A stretch of DNA of 24,544 nucleotides, filler included, from an uncultured virus (IMG/VR IMGVR_UViG_2049941000_000719) (taxonomy: Duplodnaviria; Heunggongvirae; Uroviricota; Caudoviricetes). It is 2 parts of one record of this genome, joined end to end, with 100 filler letters (N's around TTAATTAATTAA, not from the genome) between each part and the next. Parts side by side here need not be neighbours in the genome. Positions count along the whole stretch, not along the records: positions 1 to 12,934 come from IMGVR_UViG_2049941000_000719; 1 more part is not named here. One strand, written 5' to 3'. Made by a program: the position numbers and the translations under genes. The notes beneath the pieces were generated by a model, which ran no database searches, was not told the origin of the DNA, and saw only the letters and a program-made list of their open reading frames with translations. Below, piece by piece: positions 1-10,230 of this stretch (its first letter is position 1; each line of letters begins with the position of its first letter).

Positions 1-1
1 G

Positions 2-175
2 GAGAAAGCCGAGAGAGAACTTTCTCAGAAAAATACCATGAACAATATTTTGTACCTGCTGACCAATGACGGGTCTGAAGAATCGACTCTCGTAAAAGAT
101 ACGGATTTGATAAACAGCATTTACAATTCTTTGATTGATCAGAAGATAGAAGAGCTGAAAAAGGCAAAAAAATAA
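2..175 (+). CDS. 3' end of a hypothetical protein (partial; ...NSLIDQKIEELKKAKK*)
   Basis: Frame 2 is open from the window start to TAA at 173-175, followed by a T-run and a palindrome. Confidence 0.6.
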   Translation, partial: EKAERELSQKNTMNNILYLLTNDGSEESTLVKDTDLINSIYNSLIDQKIEELKKAKK

Positions 176-184
176 TTTTTGGAT

Positions 185-201
185 GTTCGGAAATTCCGAA
201 C
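185..201. terminator. Palindrome GTTCGGAA-A-TTCCGAAC between convergent genes (terminator or binding site)
   Basis: Perfect 8-bp inverted repeat between the stops at 175 (+) and 231 (-). Confidence 0.4.
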
Positions 202-230
202 CCTTATAATCGTTTTCGCGGAAATAAAAC

Positions 231-692
231 TTATATTTTCAGGTATATATCCATCTCTTTTTTGAGTTTGTCCAAGATAAATGCGACAACTTCTCCGTAT
301 CCGCGTGCGGTTATCATTATCATGGTCACATCTTCGGTTTTGATTGATATGTCTATGTCAACCCGACCTTTTTTTGTGTTTGCAGTGTAACTCCATACTT
401 CGGCATCTGCCGTGTGTAATACGGCTCCTATTCGGGTCAGGATATATTTCAGGAAATCCCGGACGGATGATTCTTCCGTTTTCGTAGTGTATTTCAAAGT
501 GCGAACCTGTTCGGGGATGTCGGGTGAATAGATTTCTCCGGCAAAAACATGTACCGATTCCCTGCCGTGACTTGTCCGCGNNNNNNNNNNCGGTTTTTCT
601 ATTTCTGCGCGGTCTTTCCACCGTCCGATTGCATAATCTATGCGCTTTCGTTCGGCATCACTTTTGTAGTCTACTATGATGAGATATTCCAT
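231..692 (-). CDS. Conserved euryarchaeal-type hypothetical protein (MEYLIIVDYKSDAERKRIDY...), with an internal gap
   Basis: ATG at 692 preceded by GGAG; DAERKRIDY...W and TKKGR...GYG motifs recalled from uncharacterised archaeal proteins; the track's 896 start is fused across a gap. Confidence 0.65.
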   Translation of the reverse strand: MEYLIIVDYKSDAERKRIDYAIGRWKDRAEIEKPXXXXRTSHGRESVHVFAGEIYSPDIPEQVRTLKYTTKTEESSVRDFLKYILTRIGAVLHTADAEVWSYTANTKKGRVDIDISIKTEDVTMIMITARGYGEVVAFILDKLKKEMDIYLKI

Positions 693-960
693 GCTCCATA
701 ATTTGTCTTTCGGATATGATAAAATTATCTCCATTTTGGATAAGATATATTGGTCNNNNNNNNNNGTATGTGCAGTTACAAAAAATATATCCTTTGAGTT
801 TGTGCAAATTTTGCACATACTGAACTCTTTCCTTTTTGGAAACAGTTCTTTTTTGTTCGTAGATGTCGTGGATTTCAACTGTTGCATTTTTTGCAACAGT
901 TCATTCCGGCATGGATTTCCTCANNNNNNNNNNCATGGATTTCCTCAATCTCCGCAAAAA

Positions 961-980
961 TTGTAATGTATTTTTTTATA
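961..980 (+). promoter_or_regulatory. Element-specific promoter motif TTGTAATGTATTTT running into a TATA-like TTTTATA (copy 1)
   Basis: Same 14-mer at 18816-18829(-), 18899-18912(+) and 22215-22228(-); lies ~50 bp upstream of ATG 1031. Confidence 0.65.
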
Positions 981-1030
981 TTGTTGCCGTCAAATTCTTT
1001 TACGGAATACATTTTCCAAAGGGGGAAAAT

Positions 1031-1487
1031 ATGCCGAATTACAATAAAACAACACAAAACGTAAAATCTCCGAGGGTCAGAAAAGTCATTGTAACCACTT
1101 ATTATGGATACCCTTGCTATAAACTCGGAGATTGGAAAGTTATTAAAAATGTAAGGTCTTTTTGGGGTGAAGTGTNNNNNNNNNNTTTCACTTGTATCAT
1201 ACCAAAATAATTTTAAGTATATGACACGTGATGGTGATAGTTTGGAAGTATCTATTATTTATGGTAAACCGAACGATCCGGATTCAAGAAATGTCGGATA
1301 TTTAGGGGTGTCTCCAAGACAGATAATAAAACTTCTTACTACTCCGATATCTCCTGAAGAAAAGTATTGGTATGTACTTTTTAGTGATCCCAAAACAAAA
1401 GCAAGATCTGAACGTATTTTTCCAAACATGTATAAACTGAGATTACCGGATGAGTTAAGCAGATACCTTTTAAAAAGGACATATTAA
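1031..1487 (+). CDS. Hypothetical protein, paralog family A (joined across the gap at 1176-1185)
   Basis: GGGGGA RBS then ATG 1031; TTYYGYPCYKLG...SPRQIIKLLTTP...LPDELSRY matches the 23950 gene. Confidence 0.7.
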
Positions 1488-1505
1488 CAAAAGGGGGAAT
1501 TTTAA

Positions 1506-1679
1506 ATGGCAATAGAAAATCCTACAATCAAAAGATGCATCACCGAATTAAGAAAAATTGACAGAGATCACTTATACACACTTACCTCTGAGAATGATGA
1601 AGAACTTCTGAAAATTCTTAACAGACTTATAAAGTTAAGAAAACATTTGGATGAAGAAAAATTATATCACAGATTCTAA
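1506..1679 (+). CDS. 57-aa hypothetical protein (MAIENPTIKRCITELRK...), not in the ORF track
   Basis: GGGGGA RBS, ATG 1506, TAA 1677-1679, followed by a T-run. Confidence 0.65.
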   Translation: MAIENPTIKRCITELRKIDRDHLYTLTSENDEELLKILNRLIKLRKHLDEEKLYHRF

Positions 1680-1809
1680 AATCATTTTTTAATTATTTTA
1701 CAGTCACCTCATTTTTCAGTGGAAAAATTTATTACTTCTCAGATGTATAGACTCATCAACTATGCTTGACGATAACATTGATCAAAGATGTCTTCCGGGT
1801 GGATGCTAT

Positions 1810-1944
1810 ATGAACACTCAGGTTGACTCCGCCGACGCGGAAATTCAGGAAGAACCTGATGACTGGTTTTCGAGAAACAAACTGTTTGTTTTCATTGGCT
1901 GTCTGATATTTATCAGATGGTTATGGGGATATATGGGTTGGTAA
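1810..1944 (+). CDS. Small membrane protein with an acidic N-terminus and a C-terminal TM helix (alternative start 1762)
   Basis: GGGTGG upstream of ATG 1810; hydrophobic stretch LFVFIGCLIFIRWLWG. Confidence 0.55.
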   Translation: MNTQVDSADAEIQEEPDDWFSRNKLFVFIGCLIFIRWLWGYMGW

Positions 1945-1947
1945 GCT

Positions 1948-1973
1948 ATACTATCATATTTTTTTGATAGTAT
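1948..1973 (+). terminator. Hairpin ATACTATCA-N8-TGATAGTAT, terminator-like
   Basis: 9-bp inverted repeat just after stop 1944, with T-runs downstream. Confidence 0.45.
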
Positions 1974-2013
1974 CTGCTTTTATGTCTTTTACTTTTTAAA
2001 AGGTTGTTTTTTT

Positions 2014-2409
2014 ATGGTTTTGACAAAATCCAACATGATTTATTCTTATATCAATTGGCTCAACAATCAGGTNNNNNNNNNNGCGGATATCAGCGGATGG
2101 ATTGAGATTACGACACCTTTTCTTGACGGTGATAACGACTGCATACAAGTGTATGCGCGGATGGAGTCTGACAAAATTATACTATCAGATTTTGGTGATA
2201 CTATCAGAAGTATCAGATTTTCCGGTTGGGTTATCCCTGAAGAGCATTTCACACGCTGTCTTGAGATAACGACAAACAGGTTCGGCATCAAGTGTGACAA
2301 TGAATATGTACTTTCTGCCGAGGTAACTTTAGACAAATTGCCCCAAAAGCTCAACGATCTGATTCAGTGTATTGCCGCGGTGAGCAATTTCCCCATTTTC
2401 GCGAGGTGA
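2014..2409 (+). CDS. DUF1828-family protein (stand-alone)
   Basis: WIEITTPFLDGDNDCIQVY...LSDFGDT...FGI...LIQCIAAVS matches the DUF1828 pattern. Confidence 0.75.
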   Translation: MVLTKSNMIYSYINWLNNQXXXXADISGWIEITTPFLDGDNDCIQVYARMESDKIILSDFGDTIRSIRFSGWVIPEEHFTRCLEITTNRFGIKCDNEYVLSAEVTLDKLPQKLNDLIQCIAAVSNFPIFAR

Positions 2410-2437
2410 TTCCCGAAAAGTTTCAAAAAAAGTGTAT

Positions 2438-5400
2438 TTATATGAGATTTATGAAGTCAAAAGGATTTGACTTCTTAGTTTTTGATTTCTGTTTTGATTT
2501 TTTATTCGATTTTGCGCTTGATTTTGTGTTTGTTTTGGTATTTGGTTTTGTGTTTGATTTGGATTTCGACTTGGATTTGGGATTGGGTTTGGTTTTGGGA
2601 TTGCTTTTTGCGGTCGGGAATTCAAACGGGTTTGTGAATGGGTTTGTGAATGTATTGTCTGACTTTAAATCAGGCATGTTCTTCGAGATTGTGTTTCCGA
2701 ATTCATAGAAAGTCTGTTTGTTTGCCGGAAGTTCATAAACGGGGGTGTATTCCGCAGTAAATGCTTCCCATCCGCGAACAATCGGGATTTCTACGTTTTC
2801 AAGATTAAACACATTCGCGTTCAGTCTCTTTTTCTTGTCTTTGTTTTTGTCGATATCGATTTTTATGGTTCTCCTCTTCTTTGTCGGCGGTGTTATGGTT
2901 GTTGGGGGGACTATTATGGGGGGGGATGATGGNNNNNNNNNNGGGTCTTGATGGTGTATATGGGGGGTATTTTGTCGTAGGTGTCGATGGCACGGATGGT
3001 ATCGATGGCGGTGATTTAGTTGTCGGTGTTGACGGCACGGATGGCGGTAATTTTGTCGTTGGTTTTGACGGTATGGATGGCGGTGATTTGGTTGTGCCTT
3101 TTTTTGAATACCTGCCGGAGTTGTCCCCTGACATAACCCTCTTAGGACTGCTTGGCGAGAAGTAATCCGGCAATTTATAATCTAAGTCAAACGGGTTTTT
3201 GTATGTCTCTTTAGATTTTTCCTCTGTTTTAAATGTATATAATGGGCTTGCCGCAAACGGGTTGCCCGATTCATATCGTTTTGGCAATTTGTGTGGTATT
3301 GAGGATATGAGACGTCTCGATTCCCAATCGTGTATAATTTTATCATTCTTATATTGTTCTTCTTGGATCATATCATATAATTTAGATGCCATGTTGAATC
3401 TTTGTTGATTTAGTTGCGATTTTTGATTGGCTTTTGTATTTATATATTTAGATACTCGATTCTTAATTCCTGACAATGCTTGTCTTTTATAAAATACATT
3501 GTCTTCTAAAAATGCAAGCTGAGTTTCCGTAAACAAATCATCTAATTTATAGGAGTGCTTTTCTTTTTTTGATGGGGTATATCCTTTATTGAAGACATTA
3601 ATTTTTACATCTGTTTCCAAAGCCCCTGTTGGAATGACACCTAATGTATCCACAGCCACACGCTTATCATTGTGTATGGTAAATGCAGTCTTATCTATTA
3701 TTTGGAGTTGATTATTAGGTCTTGTTGTTCCCTCTTTTTCAGCCCATATTTTCTTATGTTCTGCGGTTTTTGCAGATATTGCGGCATATTGATCTGGTTT
3801 TAGATTCTCTAAGATATACTCTTTTGTTTTTGCCTCCCCCATACCAAAAGGAACCTGACCGATTTCTCGAGTACTCAGTGTGTTATATACAATAGGGGGT
3901 TTATATTCGGCGGGTATAAAATTAAGACCAAATGATTTTTTGATTTTATCATAATCATAATCGGTGCGGTCAAAATGCAGAGATGCTTCATCTGGACTAA
4001 GTGATCCTGAAAATATATCACTTTCTTTATACTTAGTCGGTCTGACAGTTATTACATTTTTACGAATCTCATCTGAAGGTTGACTTTGTACTCTTATACC
4101 TGCCATTTTGACATTATCTGAGACTTCAATGCCTTGGTTTTCAATTCTTTTCATTGCGCCCCCTTCTCGACCAAACATATCTATAAATTCCTGTCTCATT
4201 TTTGGATTATCATAATCATATTGCATACTTGGGAATTTTCTTGCACCGGAAACAAGATCCCATTCCGCAAGAACCGTCGGGGGAATGTATCTGTTACGCT
4301 TTCTGAAAGCATTCCATTCATCGAATTTGATCAGACTCTTTCCGCTGAGTTTTGCACCTACAAGCATCGGTATGATTTCGTGAGACATGATCTGTTGTGG
4401 GGTTGTTTCATTATTTGCAACCCTTGTCGCAACGGATTGAATATACGTTGCCGTCATGAACAGTCCTAATGGGACACCTACAACGGTATCGGAATTAAGG
4501 TTATTGCGGATTGTCTCAAGAATGGATATTACTTGAGGATCTTTCTTGAAAGTCTTCATTGTCGCATTAATTGCTTTTTCTCCCTGTTCAGGTGATGAGT
4601 TTATGCCGAATTTATCAATGCGGATGACCTCACCTTTGAAGGGTTTGGTTGTGCCGCCGTGCAGTTTCTTAAATTGCGCATAATTATCCATTATCGCATC
4701 GTATGCTTCATCTCCGTAGGTTTTCAGGAATTTTTGGAATGACTTTAATGCTTTCAGACCCTCTTTTCTTTCTTTTGCATTCGGGGACAGCAACATCTGA
4801 TTAATCTGATCCATTGTTCCGAATGAAAAGTCCTGTAAGTCTTTCGCACGGTCTTCTTTACGCGGCTGTACCCATCCTACACCGGGCTTGCCCTCGCCGA
4901 ATGCTTCCGAGTATTTTAAATACACTTTCGGGCGTGTAAAGTTAAATAATGCCGTTTCTTTGTTGATATTCTGTTGAGCCATGGTCGTGGTTGTAACATC
5001 CGTACCCTCGATTTTTGCGGGTAACTCCGTCCGTATACCCATGCCGGAGAATAGATCCCCCGCACCAAACTGCTCCATAGAGTGTGCATCAAAAAATTCC
5101 TCTCCTGTGTCTTTTAACAGAAGTTTATTTCCTTTAATATACACAACTTCGCGTCCTTCTATATCGTTAATTCTTTTTGCAAGAGCCTCAATGAATTCCT
5201 TTGGGTCTTTGACGAATAAATCAAAATCATTCGGGTTTCTTGANNNNNNNNNNTTTTTCGCGGAAATTACTTTTTGTACATGAGGTTCCAAAGACTGAAT
5301 AACAACAGGACTTGCATGTTGAATATGTTTATTTAAATCCGTTATAATACTGAATCTGTCAAGTGCATTTTGAAGTGATTTCTGATATGACTCATTATCT

Positions 5401-8400
5401 TTAAATCCATACATCATATAATCTGTAGGATCCTTTTTACTCTCTTCTAATAGTTCATTTACAGCTCCGCGAACATATGAAGTCTCTATACCTGATTTAG
5501 GAATATATGCCTCTAACTGTTTTCCTGTGTTCTGGTCAATTAAAAGAACACCTGATGAAAGTTTTGGATCTCCGAAATATAATCTATTGGCGAGAGGGAA
5601 TTGTGAACCACTGACTTTAGTAACTATTGGTTTTACAATATCGAGATTCTTTACACGTCTTACTACTGAAAGAGATTTAGCCGTACCTGACGGTAAGTCT
5701 ACCTTAGTATATTGTAAACTTACCGGACTTCTCGGCAGATTTCCTGTGATTTCATCCATGTACTTTTTGCTTTTCTGTATCAGTTCTTTGTTTTTCAGTG
5801 GATCGACGACAGTATGATATACACCGGGTAATCTTTTTGACCCCGCTCTCATTGCCGCACCGAGACCTCCCATTAATGCGTATGATGCCGCATACTCGGC
5901 ACCGTAACTGACGGGGTTTTCATAGAAATCATCGTAGTTAAAGAGTCCGTAGGCTAAAGGAGACCCGTTTTCGAGTTTATCTTTCCAATAGTCCGCGGTG
6001 AGCTTTGATTTTGTCTCTCCTCCCCACAGGGTATTCCAAGCATCTCCCATATCGTCATGCAACATGCGGATTTGTCTCGTACCGGGGGTAAAGTAGTCAG
6101 CAACGTTCAGCGTTTTTCTGACTAAATTGGGGTCTGGTAAAACCGTGTGAACAGTTTCCTTTGCGGCATAGGGGATTCCTCCGTATATCTCTTTCTCCAA
6201 CTGCTCTTTTTCCCGTGCTTTATCGGAGAGTCTTTGATATTCGTTGTTCAGGTCTTCCTGAGCTTTAATCATCTCCTGTTCAACTTCGTTGAACCTGTTT
6301 ACCGCTTCGGGTGTTGCTCTCGATGACCACATAAGGTTAGTATATACATCTACGTTTCTGTCGGGGTTGTCCTTCTCCGAGTAGATGGTTTCACGGGTTG
6401 TGTCTGTCGGTATCAGATTGCCGCTTTTGACAAGCTCATCCACGGTATCGGAATATTTCTTTGTCGTCGAATACAGCCCGCCTACGGGTTTCCCCGCGGA
6501 ATCCGTGCCGCCTTCGGTGAGCAGTCCGATATTCTGTAATATCTCGGACATTTCCCTGTCGACATCCATCTGATCTATGATTGTTTTCGTCCTCTCTTTC
6601 AGAGTGTGGTCACGTTCCGTGTACTTCGGCACATCCGAGATGTTTTTCTGTTTCAGGTTGAGTGCTTCGCGGGTGTTTTCCGCCGCCGATATAAACGGAG
6701 ATTTGCCCGGAAAACTTTCGGTCGGCGCCGCTCTTAACGGTGATGTATCTCTGAATCCGCTGTCGGCATCCGCGAAATTACCGCCGAAGTCCGGCTGTGC
6801 ACCGGCATTACCGGCATAACCGCCGTCGGAGAATCCTGCCTCCGTGAAATCCTCTCCGCCCGCTCTGTCCGCGNNNNNNNNNNNNNNNNNNNNNNNNNNN
6901 NNNNNNNNNNNNNNNNNNNNNNNNNNNNNNNNNNNNNNNNNNNNNNNNNNNNNNNNNNNNNNNNNNNNNNNNNNNNNNNNNNNNNNNNNNNNNNNNNNNN
7001 NNNNNNNNNNNNNNNNNNNNNNNNNNNNNNNNNNNNNNNNNNNNNNNNNNNNNNNNNNNNNNNNNNNNNNNNGTTGTCCTCCCGCATAAGAGTAGTCTGC
7101 GTCTTCCGAGTCTTCGCCTTCGGCACCGAAATCTCCGTATTCCTCATCGTCGTAATCTCCGTCTCCGAGTTCTTCACCGCCGTAACCTTCTCCGCCGTAA
7201 TCTTCTTCGCCGTATTCGTCCTCGTCGAAATCTCCGCCCGCATTTCCCGCAAAGTCTCCTCCGCCATAGGACTCTCCTCCGTAACCAGCATCGGGCATTG
7301 CGGATGTGCCCGGCATACCTTTCATGCGATCAACGGTCTGCATGAAATTATCCTGAGCACCGTCAAAACCTTCAAAGCGCTGTAATCGGGACATTGCCGA
7401 CTCGTCCACCGGCTCTTTCAGCTCCGCCATCGCCTTTTGATAATCCGCATTATCCTTGGCAAGCGCATTATCGAGTTCATTACCCATCTCGTCTATGGTA
7501 TTGAAATAATCTTCAAATCCGTCAGACGCGCCGTTCTTTGCCGCATTAAACTGTGCCAACATCTCGGCATCTCTGCGGTCTGCTTCGGCATTACGGATCT
7601 CCTCATTTGTCCTGATTGTTCCGAGTGTGTCCGCCTTGAACCTTGTCGGTGTATCGAGGTCACNNNNNNNNNNTCGGTCTCCTCATCGAGCATAACGCGG
7701 GTACTGTCGGCATCGGGAATATACGGGTTGAAGGTATCTTCGTTGAACGGGATGTCGAGGTTTTTGAGCGCCGAAGGCAATCCTTCCGCGGAATCTCCGG
7801 ATGCAACGACATCACCCGACCATCCGTAAATTACAAAATTGCCGCCGTTATCTCCCGTGCGCAGTGTGTATCTCTGTTTGCCGTCACGCGAGATCAGGAT
7901 ATATTCATTGGTTGCGGAATCGGGTGCGGCTTTAAATCGGCTGTATGTTGTGGAGTCTCTGCCGTCCGCCATCGCCTCCGCCGCACTTTCTCCTCCCGCA
8001 CTTGTCCAGTCCGTGTTGCCGTACCTGTTTTCCGTTGCCGCCTGCTCTCTCATGAAGGCATCGGATGACAAATCCCTCTTGTTTTCGTCGTTGACTTTTA
8101 AAATAGATTCAACATAATTCGGGTTGTCAAGCATCCTCTGTTGAACTTCGGCATTCTGTTTTGCAAAGAGCGCTTCCGCGTGCTTTACCTGTTCGTCTTT
8201 CAAAGGATCCGTCTCATAATATACCGTGCCTGCATTTTTATCGGGGACAAATTTGGAATCTCCCGTCTCTTCATCTTTGACAAAGTATCCCGGAACCCCG
8301 ACATCTCCCGCTTCGACAGCGCTTTCTCTTGCTCTGCGGAGTGTATTTAATGCCTGATTGCCGCCTTCTACATTCGCAAGAACTGCCGCACGGGTATTTG

Positions 8401-9430
8401 CGTCCATGTCGCTTGCCTTATCTTTGGCATTTAATTCGGTGTAGATTTTGTCATTTTCCGTTTTATTTGGACTGGTTCTGTCCTGCTGAACATCATAGAT
8501 GGAACCTGTCATTCTGTCCGCCATTGACTTTGTTGTTTTGTCATATTGTGAGACATAGATGGCGTCAGCGGATTTGTTGAAATCAGCTTTACCGACGGTT
8601 GATCCAATCTCACCGAGATAGTTAAATGCGAACTGCTTTGCGTCTTTTGGCGCGGTTGATGAAAGTGCGATATTCATAAGTTTGGTCTGGTCACCTTCGG
8701 TGACGTAACCCTTATTTACGTCATCGCGTCTGATATCCTCAATTAAACGCTGTCTGGTATCCGTATCAATGGTGGGATCTTCAATAAGGTTCAGGTGTGC
8801 TTCCCTTGCTTCTACCGTCATCGGAGTGTATGAACTGCCCTGACCGACCATTGATGAACCTGTAAGGATTGCAAAACTTCTTACATTTTCCATCAATCGT
8901 TTTTCTTTTGCTTCCTGTTCGAGTTGTTTATTGACCGAACCGGCAAGTCTTTCCAATCCTGCATATGCGGCATCATAATTTTGTGAATCTCCCTGATCCC
9001 CGATTGTCTCAAACTGTCTGAATTCTTCAGGGTCAACTACTGGTGCCTGTGCACCTTGGAGTTGATCTCCGAGATAATCTCCGATGGACACTCTCTCGAT
9101 TTTTAACGGACTATTCACACCGCCTGAATAAAATGTTACTTTCTCACTTTTTGCCGCGGCTTTTCGTTCTTCAGCTCTTTTGTTTGCCGCCCCTTCCGCT
9201 TCTCTTAATCGTTTATATTCACGTTCAAGCTCAGCTTTGGCTACATTACCCGCCAAATTTTCTCTGCGTCTTGCCTCTTTTTCGGCAATCGCTCTGCGTC
9301 TTCTGTCGGCATTTGACTGACTGATTATTGTCGGAGTCGTTGATCCCGCACTTTGCGGAGATAATGTTCTCGGACTCATCGTGTTTGTTGTTGATGTTGC
9401 CCCGTTGTTTGGTGTAATATCCTGTCCCAT
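2438..9430 (-). CDS. Giant (~2300 aa) multidomain protein; one gene joining track ORFs 7493..9430, 2805..7562 and 2438..2812
   Basis: The 1585-aa frame stays open from 7562 up to the gap at 7664 (DLDTPTRFKADTLG...RDAEMLAQF); after the 2933-2942 gap the frame PSSPPIIVPPTTITPPTKKRR...NANVFNLENVEIP runs into the 2438 ORF; GGGGGA RBS before ATG 9430. Confidence 0.75.
2900..3100 (-). repeat. Pro/Ser/Thr-rich coding repeats, TTK(S/L/Y)PP(S/Y)(I/V/T)PS.P, about 4 copies of 12-15 aa
   Basis: TTKSPPSIPSKP TTKLPPSVPSTP TTKSPPSIPSVPSTP TTKYPPYTPSRP. Confidence 0.8.
6760..7290 (-). repeat. Acidic Gly/Asp/Glu/Tyr low-complexity coding repeats (about 5-aa period), partly unresolved (N-run 6874-7071)
   Basis: YGGESYGGGDF...DEYGEEDYGGEGYGGEELGDGDYDDEEYGDF. 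Confidence 0.7.
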
Positions 9431-9445
9431 TTTGTAATTTCCCCC

Positions 9446-10012
9446 TTATCCTGAAATTGCATAAAAATTGTCCAACCGCAATACCGCTAATTTATAGCAA
9501 AAATCAAATTTTTCAATCCGGTCTTTGTATAAATTTTTGATGTAATCCCTTACATCTTCGTCCTGTATGGTGTACGGACGATTTACCGATTTGTTGAGAT
9601 AATCGATTGCCGACAGAAATTCCGCCCATTTCGGTTTGTCTGCACCTACCGATTTCGGATTTTCCAACAGCGCATTGCATGTCTCAAACACGGTCGGATC
9701 TACATTATCTATTTTGTACCATGTATGATCTTTTTCCGAGCAATCTATTGCACTTTTTAAGTGTCGATATGTCCATGTAAGATCATAACAATACGGTATC
9801 CTCAATGAATTCCTTTGGGTCTTNNNNNNNNNNTCCAACCATTGAAATTCGTATCCGAGCGATACTCCGCATCTTTGAAACAGATATATCATTGCCTGAA
9901 TACTTCGGTTTTCCGGGTATTTGTCACCGTCTCCGTCGGGATTCCTAAGTTTATCCAAAGGATATCCCAACTTATCAAGCACCAAATACAATTGTACCTC
10001 ATTATCTCTCAT
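9446..10012 (-). CDS. YwgA/SocA-Panacea/DarG-C-terminal-like winged-helix protein (copy 1)
   Basis: R..Q...YLFQRCGVSLGYEFQW...PYCYDL...WAEFLSAIDYL; clear paralog of 20137..20769. Confidence 0.6.
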   Translation of the reverse strand: MRDNEVQLYLVLDKLGYPLDKLRNPDGDGDKYPENRSIQAMIYLFQRCGVSLGYEFQWLXXXXKTQRNSLRIPYCYDLTWTYRHLKSAIDCSEKDHTWYKIDNVDPTVFETCNALLENPKSVGADKPKWAEFLSAIDYLNKSVNRPYTIQDEDVRDYIKNLYKDRIEKFDFCYKLAVLRLDNFYAISG

Positions 10013-10043
10013 TTTTTCAATCCCCTTTTCCCTAAATACAGAT

Positions 10044-10211
10044 CTATCTGAACTTTATTAAACAATCCGATTGAGAGTATGTTCCCAACCTAATGAGGTT
10101 GTTTTTTGTGACCGTGTATGCATGGATGAGTTCTCCCGCATCCATGTCAACAATTTCGGAAAGGGTTATGTCCCTTCCCGATTTATCTCTGAATACCAGT
10201 TCTGTTTTCAT
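10044..10211 (-). CDS. 55-aa hypothetical protein (MKTELVFRDKSG...)
   Basis: GGGGT RBS before ATG 10211; fills the space between its neighbours. Confidence 0.55.
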   Translation of the reverse strand: MKTELVFRDKSGRDITLSEIVDMDAGELIHAYTVTKNNLIRLGTYSQSDCLIKFR

Positions 10212-10230
10212 TATTACCCCCGTTATCCGT

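Noticed and set aside
910..947. Direct repeat CATGGATTTCCTCA (possible att site or target duplication)
   Set aside because: The two copies directly flank a 10-N gap, typical of an unmerged contig overlap
2367..9324. Plus-strand ORFs inside the giant gene (e.g. 2367..2708, 2881..3165, 4981..5283)
   Set aside because: They are antisense shadows of low-complexity coding sequence and lack RBSs
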